Below, in pieces: positions 31,812 to 42,127 of a stretch of 59,088 bases of DNA (the first letter of the stretch is position 1; each line of letters starts with the position of its first letter). Location: NCBI GenBank assembly GCA_046292385.1, contig JBKBRF010000043.1, positions 1 to 59,088 of the forward strand, given 5' to 3'. The notes beneath the pieces are model-generated. The model was not told where the DNA came from. It ran no database searches and was given only the letters and a program-made list of their open reading frames with translations. Made by a program: the position numbers and the translations under genes. The stretch comes from Armatimonadota bacterium. Lineage in GTDB: Bacteria > Armatimonadota > SYMT01.

Positions 31812-33278
31812 ATGCAGCGCGTCTGGCGGAGAACTCGCGGCGCCTCCATGGTGATCGCCATCGTGGCGGTGGCCGTGATGGCGCTCGCCGTCACTTCGGT
31901 GCTGCCGACCTCCAACCTGCGGATCTCCGCCTCCGAGGACAGCGTGAACGGAGCGCTCGCGCTCGCGGCCGCGGAGGCCGGCCTCAACCTGGCGCTCCAC
32001 CGGATGGGGCACGGATTCGACCCGCCTACCTGGTCCGAAGATGCGGCGCAGGGGCTCCGGGCGGAGTACCCCGCCGGCTCCGGGTTCGGCTACCGGGTGG
32101 GGCTGGTGAGCCGCGACCCCGCTACCGGCCAGGTGGTCCTGCGCGCCCGCGGCTCCGGGGGCGGGCTCCAGCGGACGATCGAGATCACCGCCCGGCCGGT
32201 CAGCCTCTTCGGCCGGTTCGCGCTCCTGGGTCTCTCCACCGACACCTCCGCGAAACGCAGCCACTCCCTGGCCTTCACGAACGCGGCCTCCGTCACCGGC
32301 GCGGTGGGAGCGAACGGCGTGGCGGACTGCAATCGGGACGTGGTGGTGAGAGACGGAGCGCTAGTGCTCGCCGGGAGTGCCGCCTCTCTGGTGAAGGCCG
32401 CACAGCCCACCTTCTCCTCGCCGAACGCACCCGCCCTGCGCGCCTGGACGCTCCCATTCCCGCTGACCACCGCCGCCGCGGCTGCGGATCGCAGCTCCGG
32501 CGGCAGCACCGGCCTCGCCTACTACCGGGAGCACAACTCCAACAACGCCGCCACCAACAAGGGTAAGAGCGGAATCTACTGGGTCTACCAGCACTCGAGC
32601 ACGGGCGAGACGCGCGAGGAGCCGGTGCTGATGAGCTCTTCCGACACGCCTTACGTTCTGGGCCGCAGCATCCTCGGCGGCGGGACGATCACCGACTCGA
32701 CCGGCGACAGCGGCGGCGGAAGCGGAAAGGGCAAGAAAGGCGGCGGCTCGGGAGGGGGCGGCGGAAGCTCGAGCTGGGTTTTCCAGGGGACCCGCTTCTA
32801 TCCGGGTCACTATTACTTCACCCAGGTGGAGATGCGAACGGGCGACCGGATCTTCATCCACAACTCCCCGGTCTCGGGCAGCTCCAGCCGGCGCGTCGTC
32901 TTCTGGATCGACACTGCGGGAGCCCGGGATCCGGACAGCACGCTGACCCAGGGCGTGACGCTGAGCGACCCCTCGCAGCCGGGCGGATTCCGGCTCTACA
33001 TGGCGAGCCAGGGAGACCTGGAGCTGCGCTCCGACGACGCGGGCACGGGGGACGGGCTCCACGCCGACATCCTGCACTGCGACCGCACCGCCGAAGGCAT
33101 CGGTTACGGCGCGGTCACCGTCCGCTCCGGAGTCACCCTGCGCGGCTCGGTCGTCGCCTGGGCCGTCACCGTCGAGAACGGCGCGACCGTGTTCCACACG
33201 CCGCCTACCGCCGGCGATCTCGCCGGTGAAGACCAATCGTGCGTCGACTACCGGATCATCGCCTGGTCCGAGCTCTGA
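31812..33278 (+). CDS. PilX-like type IV pilus/pseudopilus protein
   Basis: RG|ASMVIAIV hydrophobic N-terminus, ALALAAAEAGL, RARGS...RTIE; C-terminal GSVVA...W.E. Confidence 0.7.
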   Translation: MQRVWRRTRGASMVIAIVAVAVMALAVTSVLPTSNLRISASEDSVNGALALAAAEAGLNLALHRMGHGFDPPTWSEDAAQGLRAEYPAGSGFGYRVGLVSRDPATGQVVLRARGSGGGLQRTIEITARPVSLFGRFALLGLSTDTSAKRSHSLAFTNAASVTGAVGANGVADCNRDVVVRDGALVLAGSAASLVKAAQPTFSSPNAPALRAWTLPFPLTTAAAAADRSSGGSTGLAYYREHNSNNAATNKGKSGIYWVYQHSSTGETREEPVLMSSSDTPYVLGRSILGGGTITDSTGDSGGGSGKGKKGGGSGGGGGSSSWVFQGTRFYPGHYYFTQVEMRTGDRIFIHNSPVSGSSSRRVVFWIDTAGARDPDSTLTQGVTLSDPSQPGGFRLYMASQGDLELRSDDAGTGDGLHADILHCDRTAEGIGYGAVTVRSGVTLRGSVVAWAVTVENGATVFHTPPTAGDLAGEDQSCVDYRIIAWSEL

Positions 33279-33443
33279 CGTCCCCTCCGTTGAGCATGCA
33301 CGGACCGTAAGGCCTCGGCATCTACTCTCCACGCCGCGGGTACGGTCGCGCGGCGGAGCTTGCCGGCGCCGGCAGCTGTCCGGAAGGTGCCCGGTCGCTC
33401 CTAGCCGTGCAAGCGGCCGTGCCGGACCCGAGGGAGACGTCTC

Positions 33444-36400
33444 GTGTTGTATTTCCAGTCGAACGCCGGCCGCTCGCCGGCGGTGCGAGTCTCGCGGTCG
33501 CTTTCCTGCCTGTGGCTCCTGGCCGGCTTCTTGCTCCTGTGGCTCTCCGCGGCCCCCTCTGTGTCCGCCGCAGGCTCCCCTGGGTTCGTGGTGGGGATCA
33601 ACCTGGGCGGAAGCGCGGTCACCATAGACGGCAACGCCTGGCTCTCTCACGCAGAGGCAGCGTCGCGGGGACTGGTCACGAGCGGCGCCTCCGCGTGGAG
33701 CTATTCCACTACCCTCTCCCCCACGCCCGACGCGGCGACCCAGCAGATGCTGAGCACCGGCCTGTGGCGAGCCGCGCCGCCGAACGGGCAGGGCTTTAGC
33801 CTGGCGTACCCGCTGCCGAACGGGAGCTACCAGGTCTATCTCTGGACCGTCGAAAACTACCGGAGCAGCTATCGCGACGTGGAGGCCCGGCTGGAGGGCG
33901 CCGCCACGGCGACTGGAATCGGCGAGCTCCCCCTCGGCAGCTACCGCCGCTGCGGCCCCTATGCGGCGACCGTCGCCGACGGCCGACTCGACCTGGAGAT
34001 TCTCCGCCACACGAAGGGCGATCCGCTGCTCTGCGGTCTGGAGGTGTGCGGCGAGGCCGGCTCCAACGCGCCGCCCACCGTGACCCTCACGGCACCCGCG
34101 GATGGCGCGCAGCTCACCCAGTTCGACACCGTCGCGCTCACCGCCACGGCGGAAGACGCCGACGGCGGGGTGAGCGACGTCGCGTTCTACCAGGGCTCGA
34201 CCCTCCTCGGTGCGGGACGCACCTTGAACGGCAGCACCTTCTTCTTCGACTGGCCGCGGGTGCAGGCGGGCGAGTATACGCTCACGGCGCGGGCCACCGA
34301 CAGCGCGGGCGCCGTCACTACCTCGGCACCCGTTCGGATCACCGTCAAGACCGGCACGCTGCCGCCGATCGTCCGCCTCACCGCGCCGGCGGACGGCACC
34401 GAATACTCCGCCGGGCAGACTGTAACGCTGGAGGCGGAGGCGTGCGATCAGTATCAGGACCGGGTCGGAATCGAGCGCGTCGAGTTCCTGAAGGACGGCT
34501 CGCTTCTCGGCAGCGACACCACTCTCCCGTACACCTGCGACTGGGCCAACATCCCGGCGGGCACGGCGGTCCTGACCGCCCGCGCCACCGACCGCACCGG
34601 CGCAGTCGCCGTCTCGGACCCCGTGACGGTGGAGGTAGGCGGTGCGAGCAGCGGTTTCGTCGTGGGGATCAACCTGAGCGGGAACGCCGTCACCGTGGGC
34701 GGCAATGCCTGGCTCTCGCACGCGCAGGCGGTCTCCCGCGGGCTAACCACCACCAGCGCCTCCACCTGGAGCTACAGCATCCCGCTTTCTCCCACGCCGG
34801 ACGCCGATACGCACCACGCGCTCAGCACCGGCCTGTGGCGCTCGGCGCCGCCGAACGGGCAGGGCTTCAGCCTGGCGTACCCGCTGGCGAACGGCGAGTA
34901 CCAGCTCTACCTCTGGATGGTGGAGAACTACCAGAGCAGCTACCGCGCGGTAGAAGCGCGGGTCGAGGGAGTGCTTGCCGCAGCCGGGCTGGGGGAGCTC
35001 GCCTACGGCACCTACCGCCGCTGCGGTCCCTACCCCGCCGCAATCCGCGACGGCCGGCTCGACCTGGAGATCCTGCGGACGACCAAGGGGGACCCGCTCC
35101 TCTGCGGCCTGGAGCTGTTCGGCGGCATCGGCGGTGGCGGCTCCCCGAACATGCCGCCGACGGTGACGCTGACGAGCCCCACCTCCGGCGCCACCTTCGC
35201 CGCGGGCGCTACCCTGCCGCTCGCCGCCGCCGCGGCGGATGCGGACGGCTCCGTGGCGCGGGTCGAATTCTACCGCGGCACCACCCTGATCGGCTCCGAC
35301 ACGACCAGCCCCTACGCCCTCGACTGGTTCAACGTGCAGGCGGGAACGTATACGCTCACCGCGCGGGCGGTCGAGAACCTCGGCGCCGAAACCGCTTCCG
35401 CGCCGGTGGTTGTGACGGTCCAGGCGCCCTCCTCCGGCACGTTCGTGCGCGGGATCAACCTGAACGGGAACGGCGTGACGGTCGATGGCAGCGCCTGGCT
35501 CTCCCACAGCCAGGCCCTCGGGAGCGGCCTCACCGTGACGGGGGCCTCCCCTTTTACCTACTCCGTGCCGCTGACCCCCACCGCGACCGCGGACGAGGCG
35601 CACCTGCTCGGCACCGGCTTCTGGCGCTCGAACCCGGCCAACGGCCAGGGCTTCAGCCTGGCGCAGAGCCTACCGAGCGGCGAGTACCACGTCTACCTCT
35701 GGATGGTCGAGAACTACCGCAGCGGCTACCGGGACGCCACCGTGCGCCTGGAGGGCCAGGAGAAGGCCCGGGGCATCGGAGACCTGCCGCTCGGCGCGTG
35801 GCGCCGCTACGGTCCGTACAACACCACCGTCGCGGACGGCGCCCTGAGCCTGGAGATCCTGCGGACCACCAAGGGTGACCCACTGCTCTGCGGCCTCGCC
35901 ATCTTCAGCGGGCACGGCACGGAGGAAGAGCCCGTCCCCACTCCCACCGGCTCCCGCGTGATGCCGCTCGGCGATTCGATCACCTACGGCGTCTACACCG
36001 CCGGCGACTTCGGCACCGGCGGCTACCGGCGTCTCCTCTGGCAGCAGCTCACCGCCGCGGGTTGGAGCCCCGATTTCGTCGGCACTCAGGCGAGCGGCCT
36101 GGCCGACTTCGATCGCGATCACGAGGGACACAACGGCTGGACGATCGAGCACCTGAGCGGCGGGGTGACGAGCTGGCTGAGCGCCGCCCAGCCGGACGTG
36201 ATCCTGCTGACCGCCGGCACGAACGACCTCTCCGGGGTCTCTCCGGAGGTCGCCGCCGGCCGCATGGCGACCCTTCTCGACACGATCCACGCCGCCCGCC
36301 CGCAGGCACAGGTCCTGCTCGCCACGCTGCCGCGCGTCGTTCCCGGCAACTTCCTGATCCGGGACCCGCAGTACGTGGTCGACTTCAACGCCCGCCTCCC

Positions 36401-36578
36401 GGCGCTCGTGAACGCTCGGGCCGCGGCGGGACAGAAGGTGCGGCTGGTCGATCTCTACACTCGCGCCAACCTGCTCGACAGCGACTTCGCGGACGGCGTC
36501 CACCCGAACGCCTCCGGCTATGCCAAGATCGCCGCCGTGTGGTATCAGGAGCTAAGCGCCCTGCTCCCGAAGCCATAG
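33444..36578 (+). CDS. Secreted multidomain protein: 3 malectin-like modules + 3 Ig-like domains + SGNH/GDSL hydrolase
   Basis: Three GINL.G...KGDPLLCGL modules; PP.V.LT.P...LTARA Ig modules; MPLGDSIT, HEGHNGW, GTND, DGVHPN; start uncertain. Confidence 0.85.
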   Translation: MLYFQSNAGRSPAVRVSRSLSCLWLLAGFLLLWLSAAPSVSAAGSPGFVVGINLGGSAVTIDGNAWLSHAEAASRGLVTSGASAWSYSTTLSPTPDAATQQMLSTGLWRAAPPNGQGFSLAYPLPNGSYQVYLWTVENYRSSYRDVEARLEGAATATGIGELPLGSYRRCGPYAATVADGRLDLEILRHTKGDPLLCGLEVCGEAGSNAPPTVTLTAPADGAQLTQFDTVALTATAEDADGGVSDVAFYQGSTLLGAGRTLNGSTFFFDWPRVQAGEYTLTARATDSAGAVTTSAPVRITVKTGTLPPIVRLTAPADGTEYSAGQTVTLEAEACDQYQDRVGIERVEFLKDGSLLGSDTTLPYTCDWANIPAGTAVLTARATDRTGAVAVSDPVTVEVGGASSGFVVGINLSGNAVTVGGNAWLSHAQAVSRGLTTTSASTWSYSIPLSPTPDADTHHALSTGLWRSAPPNGQGFSLAYPLANGEYQLYLWMVENYQSSYRAVEARVEGVLAAAGLGELAYGTYRRCGPYPAAIRDGRLDLEILRTTKGDPLLCGLELFGGIGGGGSPNMPPTVTLTSPTSGATFAAGATLPLAAAAADADGSVARVEFYRGTTLIGSDTTSPYALDWFNVQAGTYTLTARAVENLGAETASAPVVVTVQAPSSGTFVRGINLNGNGVTVDGSAWLSHSQALGSGLTVTGASPFTYSVPLTPTATADEAHLLGTGFWRSNPANGQGFSLAQSLPSGEYHVYLWMVENYRSGYRDATVRLEGQEKARGIGDLPLGAWRRYGPYNTTVADGALSLEILRTTKGDPLLCGLAIFSGHGTEEEPVPTPTGSRVMPLGDSITYGVYTAGDFGTGGYRRLLWQQLTAAGWSPDFVGTQASGLADFDRDHEGHNGWTIEHLSGGVTSWLSAAQPDVILLTAGTNDLSGVSPEVAAGRMATLLDTIHAARPQAQVLLATLPRVVPGNFLIRDPQYVVDFNARLPALVNARAAAGQKVRLVDLYTRANLLDSDFADGVHPNASGYAKIAAVWYQELSALLPKP

Positions 36579-36757
36579 CTCCCGATCGGGCCGCGAGGTA
36601 ATGAATTCCCTCGCTGGACGTCCCCCGGCCACGCGTCCTCCGGACGCCATAACCGGGCCTTCTGAGTCCGCGAAGGGGTCCCCCGTCCGGGGGATAAAAC
36701 TTCATACCGTGGTTGCCGCGGTTTCAACCGCCCGGCAGCGCAGCAACTGCGCATCCA

Positions 36758-39112
36758 TCATCGTGGGGCAGGCCAGTTCAGGTGGCGGTGGAGGAAGTCG
36801 AACGTGCCGACGCCGTGGATGGTGTGCGGGCCGTTGAAGAACTCGATCTCCGTCCGCTCCGGGATGCCCACCCGGGTGTAGAGACGGCGCACCTTCGCGA
36901 ACTCGTAGGCGACCTGCTCGTCCGGCGCCACGCCGTCGTCGTGGCCGCGCTCGACCATGAACGGCCGTGGCGCGATCAGAGCGCTCATCTCGGCGTAGTT
37001 GAACGTGTTCCCCAGATTGAACTCCACCATCTCCCACTCGCCGGTGAACATGTAGCTGTAGCGGTCCCGCGTGGAGACGTTCTTCCAGATCCACTCGTTA
37101 AAGTCCGCGGAGCAGATGGAGAGGCAGTAGCCGTCGAGGAGCGCCGGCACGCGCATCGCCGTCTTGCCGCCGTAACTGAGGCCGTAGAAGCCGATCCGCT
37201 CCGAGTCGACGAACGGCTGCTCCCGGAGCCACTCCAGGATGCGGGCGTGCTGCGCGGTGATGACGGAGAAGAGCGACTTCTTCAGCGGGTTCAGCTTGCG
37301 CTGCAGCAGCCGGAAGCGGTCCTGCCCGATGTAGGGGTTCTGCGGCGAGAAGGTGATGAAGCCCCGCTCCGCCAGCCGCGCCGCGTAGCGGTGGTACGCC
37401 AGGTTGTCGACCTTCGCGTCGGCCACGTCCTGCGGCCGACCTTCCAGGCCGTGCTGGCAGACGACCACCGGCCGCCGCTCGCCCGGGCGCAGGTCTTTCG
37501 GCAGCAGCAGGATGCCGTAGGCGTAGACCTCCGGCCAGACGTCGAGCATCACCTCGTAGCCGCGGTACTTCGGCTCGTCGTAGACCAGGCGAGAGCGGGG
37601 GTTCGCCGGCAGCGTGGCGGCGGGGAAGCGGCCGATCACCTCTTCCCAGAAGTAGTCCCGCAGCGGCGCGGCCGAGATCTTCAAGCCTTCGGGCGACTTC
37701 TGATCGAGCCGGCTCCAGAAGAACCGCTCCCGCACCCGCTCCGACTTCTCCAGCAGCTCCTGGTTGAAGTCGACCATCTGCGCCACCTGCCGCCGCAGTC
37801 GCTCGCGCGGATCGAATCCCACGCGCTCGTCTCGCGGCGCCGCGCCGGAGGGCCGCAGCCCGGCCTCCGGGGCGAGCGTCTTCAGAAAGGCGGTGAGTGC
37901 CGAAGCGCTGCCGGGGAGGCCCTCCCCACTGCCGGTTAGCTCGATCACCGGCGCGGGCCGCAGCGCGGCGGTGAGGGCGCGGGCTCGCTCCACCTCCGCC
38001 CGCACCTTCTCCAGCGGCAGCGGCGTGATGGCGCCCGGCGCCGCGCCGGAGCGACCGTCGCGTGCCGGGGGCGGCCCCGCCACCACTGGGGGTGCGCTCG
38101 CCTCCACCACCAGAGAGCGCGGCGCGACCAGGCTGGCGATCTCCGCGTCGCCGAGCTCCTGGAGCAGCGCCCAGACGTTGCGGTAGATCGGCTCCCGCCA
38201 CAGCTCCTCCCGCGGACCGAAGTAGCCGCTCACGAGGGCGGAATCGACGTTTGGCTCCACCGCGGCGGCGTAGAGCGCCAGGAGGCCGCCCTCGCCGTAG
38301 CCGCTCACCCCCACGCGCGCTTCCGGGCCGAGGCGGCGGCGGAGGTAGTCGACTCCGGAGAGCAGCTTCGCCACTTCGTAGCCGATGACGTGCCGCCCCA
38401 TCTCGAACGCGCCGCGGTAGACGAACTCCCGGTGCGGCTGGTTCGTCATCCGGATCTCCGGGTTGCCGGAGAAGGTGTCGGAGCGGTCGATCAGCAGCGG
38501 CACCAGCACGCGGCAGCCGCTCTCCGCCAGGCGCCGCGCGAACTGGGCGGCGGGGTCGACTCCCGGCGCGAGGCCGACCAGCATCTCCGGGGTCCAGTCG
38601 CAGTCCGGCACCGCCACTACGCCGGCCGCCGCCCGGCCGCGCGGGACCAGCTCCAGCGCCTCGATCTCCATTCCGGGGAGCACCTCCCACCGCAGCCGGC
38701 GGCAGGTGTAGGACAGCGCGGGATCGTCCGAGACGCGGCCGGTCACGAGCCGCTCGTCGCCCTCGGCGGGCACCGGCAGGAGCGGGTCGACCGCCCCGAG
38801 ATACCGCCGCAGCCGCTCCCGGTTTCCCTCTACGGAGCGGGCGTACGCCTCCGGCGAGCTGAGATCCCGCTTCCAGAGCGCCGCGCGAGAGCTGCGCGCC
38901 GACTCCGTCTGCGCGTCGAGGAACCGGTGGATTCCGTCCACCATCTGCGCGGCCAGATCCCCCTGCGCCTCCAGCGGTCGCGTCCCCGAAAGCGGCATGC
39001 GAGCCTCCCCCGCCGAGCCGGCGCCGGCAGTCGCAAGTAGCAGCAGCAGTACCGAGGTGGTGAGCACCGCCCAGGCGGTGACGGAGCGGATCGAGCGGCG
39101 CGGCGCGGGCAT
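36758..39112 (-). CDS. Secreted tandem alpha/beta hydrolase (dienelactone-hydrolase-like)
   Basis: Signal peptide; GVSGYGEGG and GFYGLSYGGKT nucleophile elbows; VVCQHGLE; C-terminal FNGPH. Confidence 0.82.
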   Translation of the reverse strand: MPAPRRSIRSVTAWAVLTTSVLLLLLATAGAGSAGEARMPLSGTRPLEAQGDLAAQMVDGIHRFLDAQTESARSSRAALWKRDLSSPEAYARSVEGNRERLRRYLGAVDPLLPVPAEGDERLVTGRVSDDPALSYTCRRLRWEVLPGMEIEALELVPRGRAAAGVVAVPDCDWTPEMLVGLAPGVDPAAQFARRLAESGCRVLVPLLIDRSDTFSGNPEIRMTNQPHREFVYRGAFEMGRHVIGYEVAKLLSGVDYLRRRLGPEARVGVSGYGEGGLLALYAAAVEPNVDSALVSGYFGPREELWREPIYRNVWALLQELGDAEIASLVAPRSLVVEASAPPVVAGPPPARDGRSGAAPGAITPLPLEKVRAEVERARALTAALRPAPVIELTGSGEGLPGSASALTAFLKTLAPEAGLRPSGAAPRDERVGFDPRERLRRQVAQMVDFNQELLEKSERVRERFFWSRLDQKSPEGLKISAAPLRDYFWEEVIGRFPAATLPANPRSRLVYDEPKYRGYEVMLDVWPEVYAYGILLLPKDLRPGERRPVVVCQHGLEGRPQDVADAKVDNLAYHRYAARLAERGFITFSPQNPYIGQDRFRLLQRKLNPLKKSLFSVITAQHARILEWLREQPFVDSERIGFYGLSYGGKTAMRVPALLDGYCLSICSADFNEWIWKNVSTRDRYSYMFTGEWEMVEFNLGNTFNYAEMSALIAPRPFMVERGHDDGVAPDEQVAYEFAKVRRLYTRVGIPERTEIEFFNGPHTIHGVGTFDFLHRHLNWPAPR

Positions 39113-39204
39113 GGCAGACCTCCGACATCGACGTTCGAGCGAAGGTGTCGGTCTCCCTACGAACAGGCGGGTTCTTCCCACGGGCGGCGATAGGTAGTAA
39201 CCTA

Positions 39205-39355
39205 GTATTGCGTAGTGCGTATTGCGTAACGGAGCGCCTTCTCCGCTTCACAAGACTTGCTGCCGGGCGAAGCGCCCTTAAAGAGCTGTTCGCCCGGCAC
39301 GACGTCATGGAACGAGGTAGCAGCCGTCCGCTACGCAATACGAAATACGCAATAC
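39205..39355. repeat. Inverted pair of heptamer (TACGCAA) arrays upstream of serS
   Basis: GTATTGCGTAGTGCGTATTGCGTAACGG (39205-39232) versus CCGCTACGCAATACGAAATACGCAATAC (39328-39355). Confidence 0.8.
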
Positions 39356-39392
39356 AAAACAACCCACTGGGGATCCTGAAAGCCATCCGACG

Positions 39393-40667
39393 ATGATCGA
39401 CCTCCGACTGCTCCGAGAGAACCCGGACCTGTTCCGCCAGGCTTCGCAGAACAAGCGCATCCCGGCGGATATCGATGCGGTGCTCCAGACCGACTCCCGC
39501 CTGCGCGAGCTGCGCGTGGAGGTGGAGGAGCTTCGCGGGGAGCGGAACCGGGTCTCCAAGAGTATCGGCAAGCTCCCGCCCGCCGAGCGCGAGGCGGCGC
39601 TGGAAGAGGCGAAGGTGCTGCGGGAGCGGCTGGCGGCGTCCGAGCCGGAGCTGAAGGAGCTGGAGGAGCGTCTCGCCGCGCTCCTGCTCACGGTGCCGAA
39701 CCTGCCCGACCCCGAAGTGCCGGTCGGCGCCTCCGAAGAGGACAACGTGGAATTGCGCCGGTGGGGCACGCCGCGCGAGCTCGGCTTCGAGCCGAAGGAC
39801 CACGTCGACCTGGCGCTCTCACTCGACCTCGCCGACTTCCAGCGCGGCTCCAAGGTCTCCGGCAGCCGCTTCTACTACCTGAAGAACGAGGGCGCGCTCC
39901 TGGAGATGGCGCTCGTCCGGTGGGCGATCGAGTTCCTGTGGGGCCGCGGTCTCACGCCGATGATCGTGCCGGAGCTGGTGCGCGACGAGGCGATGACCGG
40001 CACCGGCTTCTTCCCCCTCGGCCGGGAAGACGCGTACGCGATCGAGAAGGACGGCCTCTACCTGGTCGGCACGTCGGAGGTGCCGCTCGTCTCGTTCCAC
40101 ATGGACGAGATCCTGGCGAAGGACGAGCTGCCGAAGCGCTACGTGGGCCACAGCTCCTGCTTCCGCCGGGAGGCGGGCGCCGCCGGCAAGGATACCCGCG
40201 GCTTCTACCGGGTCCACCAGTTCCACAAGGTGGAGCAGGTGGTGATCTGCGAGAACGACCCGGACGTGATGCGCGCGGAGCACGAGGCGCTGGTCGCCAA
40301 CGTCGAGGCGCTGCTTCAGGCGCTGGAGCTGCCGCACCGGGTCGCCCGCGCCTGCACCGGCGAGCTGGGGATGGGGCAGACGCTCAAGACCGAGATCGAG
40401 ACCTGGATGCCGAGCCGCGGCGCCTACTCGGAGACCCACTCCTGCTCCACACTGGGCGAGTTCCAGGCGCGGCGGCTGAACCTGCGCTACCGGGACGCGG
40501 ACGACAAGCTCCGCTTCTGCGGCACGCTCAACAACACCGCCCTCGCCAGCCCGCGCATCCTGATCCCAATCCTGGAGACCTACCAGCAGGAAGACGGCAC
40601 CGTCGTCGTCCCCGAGGTGCTCCGCCCCTACCTGCCTGGGATCGACGTGATCCGGCCCAAGCGCTAG
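39393..40667 (+). CDS. serS: Serine--tRNA ligase
   Basis: KVSGSRFYYL, LVGTSEVP, CFRREAG, GFYRVHQFHKVEQ, ETHSCS, QARRL, TLNNT. Confidence 0.96.
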   Translation: MIDLRLLRENPDLFRQASQNKRIPADIDAVLQTDSRLRELRVEVEELRGERNRVSKSIGKLPPAEREAALEEAKVLRERLAASEPELKELEERLAALLLTVPNLPDPEVPVGASEEDNVELRRWGTPRELGFEPKDHVDLALSLDLADFQRGSKVSGSRFYYLKNEGALLEMALVRWAIEFLWGRGLTPMIVPELVRDEAMTGTGFFPLGREDAYAIEKDGLYLVGTSEVPLVSFHMDEILAKDELPKRYVGHSSCFRREAGAAGKDTRGFYRVHQFHKVEQVVICENDPDVMRAEHEALVANVEALLQALELPHRVARACTGELGMGQTLKTEIETWMPSRGAYSETHSCSTLGEFQARRLNLRYRDADDKLRFCGTLNNTALASPRILIPILETYQQEDGTVVVPEVLRPYLPGIDVIRPKR

Positions 40668-40743
40668 CGCGCAGGGTCTAGGGTCTAGGTCTGTGATAAC
40701 GGGCGGGCTCTCCACGCGCGGCCCGTTTCTCTTGAAGCCTGAC

Positions 40744-40779
40744 GAAGGGCGGCCTCCACATGGGGGGGCCGCCCTTCTT
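40744..40779 (+). terminator. Intrinsic terminator-like hairpin after serS
   Basis: GAAGGGCGGCC ... GGCCGCCCTTC-TT. Confidence 0.55.
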
Positions 40780-40873
40780 GGTCAGTAGCACCACCCGCGA
40801 GTCGCGCGCGGTCGTCGACACCGCTGCCATTCGCCACCCATCCCCAAGCGAGGGGGCTCCGAGAGCCTGCGTC

Positions 40874-40891
40874 TTTTAGTCTCAGCTAAAA
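40874..40891. promoter_or_regulatory. AT-rich palindrome TTTTAG-N6-CTAAAA, candidate DtxR/MntR-family operator
   Basis: TTTTAGTCTCAGCTAAAA in a very GC-rich background, upstream of the prepilin-like and PepSY-TM genes. Confidence 0.5.
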
Positions 40892-41137
40892 ACTAATCCG
40901 TTCCTTGTGGAATCCGGATTTCGGCGTGATATCTTCAGTGGAGTTGCAGCTAGCTACACAAGGCGACGCCACTCGCCTGAACTTACAATGAGGCGTGACA
41001 AATCTTGTTCGCCTAGCTCTTTGCTGCGTTCGGCGGCCCGGCTGCAGAGTGGATCCTTTTCCCCGTCCGGCAGACCTCCGCTTCCGTTAAATGTCTTCGG
41101 CGTCGCCGGCGCCACGTCTCTGGAAGGAACTGAACCC

Positions 41138-41911
41138 GTGCTCCGACTCCGACACCGCGCTTTCACCCTGATCGAGCTCCTCGTGGTGATTGCGATCATC
41201 GCCATCCTCGCCGCGATCCTCTTTCCGGTCTTCGCCCAGGCTCGCGAGGCAGCGCGGAAGGCAGCCTGCTCCAGCAACCTGAAGCAGCTCGGCCTGGCGG
41301 TGCTGATGTACACGCAGGACTGGGATGAGACCGTCGCTCCGCCGCGCGCCGGCTACAACGCGATGATGCCGGAGGGGAGGATGGCGATCCGCTGGTTCGG
41401 TGCCTGGGACACGGCGACCGGGATCCGCTACTACCCGCAGTACGGGTTCTACTACCCCTATATGAAGAACGCCGACGTGGCTGGCTGCAGCTCGCTCAAC
41501 CTCCCCGCCCGGCCGCAGTACGGGCCGACGGATTACGCCTTCAGCGACCGTCTCTACTCGGCGACCCTGGCGATGATCCAGAGCCCCAGCGACACGGTGA
41601 TGATGTTCGACTCGGTCCGCATCAATGGAGGGACAACGGACCGGGTGCCGTGGGGTTACCCTCCTACCGCGGGTCTCGGCATCTACGTGCCCCCGGGCGC
41701 CGCCGGACCCCTGGCCGTGCAGGAGCCCACTTTCCACGCGCGGCACAGCGGCTTCGGCAACGTGGTCTGGATGGACGGCCACGTGAAGGCGGTGAAGCCG
41801 AAGTTCTTCCCGGCCCCCGCGGCGAATGCCGCCCTGCGCCGCCAGCACTCCATCGGCGATATCGACAGCGACGGCAACCAGTCCACCGACGAGCTGTTCG
41901 ACTTCAACTAG
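41138..41911 (+). CDS. Prepilin-type N-terminal cleavage/methylation protein (DUF1559-like, H-X9-DG C-terminus)
   Basis: [61 protein letters not shown]. Confidence 0.92.
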   Translation: MLRLRHRAFTLIELLVVIAIIAILAAILFPVFAQAREAARKAACSSNLKQLGLAVLMYTQDWDETVAPPRAGYNAMMPEGRMAIRWFGAWDTATGIRYYPQYGFYYPYMKNADVAGCSSLNLPARPQYGPTDYAFSDRLYSATLAMIQSPSDTVMMFDSVRINGGTTDRVPWGYPPTAGLGIYVPPGAAGPLAVQEPTFHARHSGFGNVVWMDGHVKAVKPKFFPAPAANAALRRQHSIGDIDSDGNQSTDELFDFN

Positions 41912-42127
41912 CCTCCGCCAGTCCCGCGATGGAGGGGATCCGGCAAGGGAAAGTGGGAGAGCTGCTCCCGGAAGCAGCTTCTCAAGCTCCCCCACTCTCC
42001 CTTGCTCCCACTCCAACACCTCACAAGCAGCTGGACACACCACTGGAGTCCACCCCCCACTCCGACAGTTAGGCCGGCATCTCTTCGGACGCAGCTTCCG
42101 CGGAGATGCCGGGGAGCTCACCGCAGT

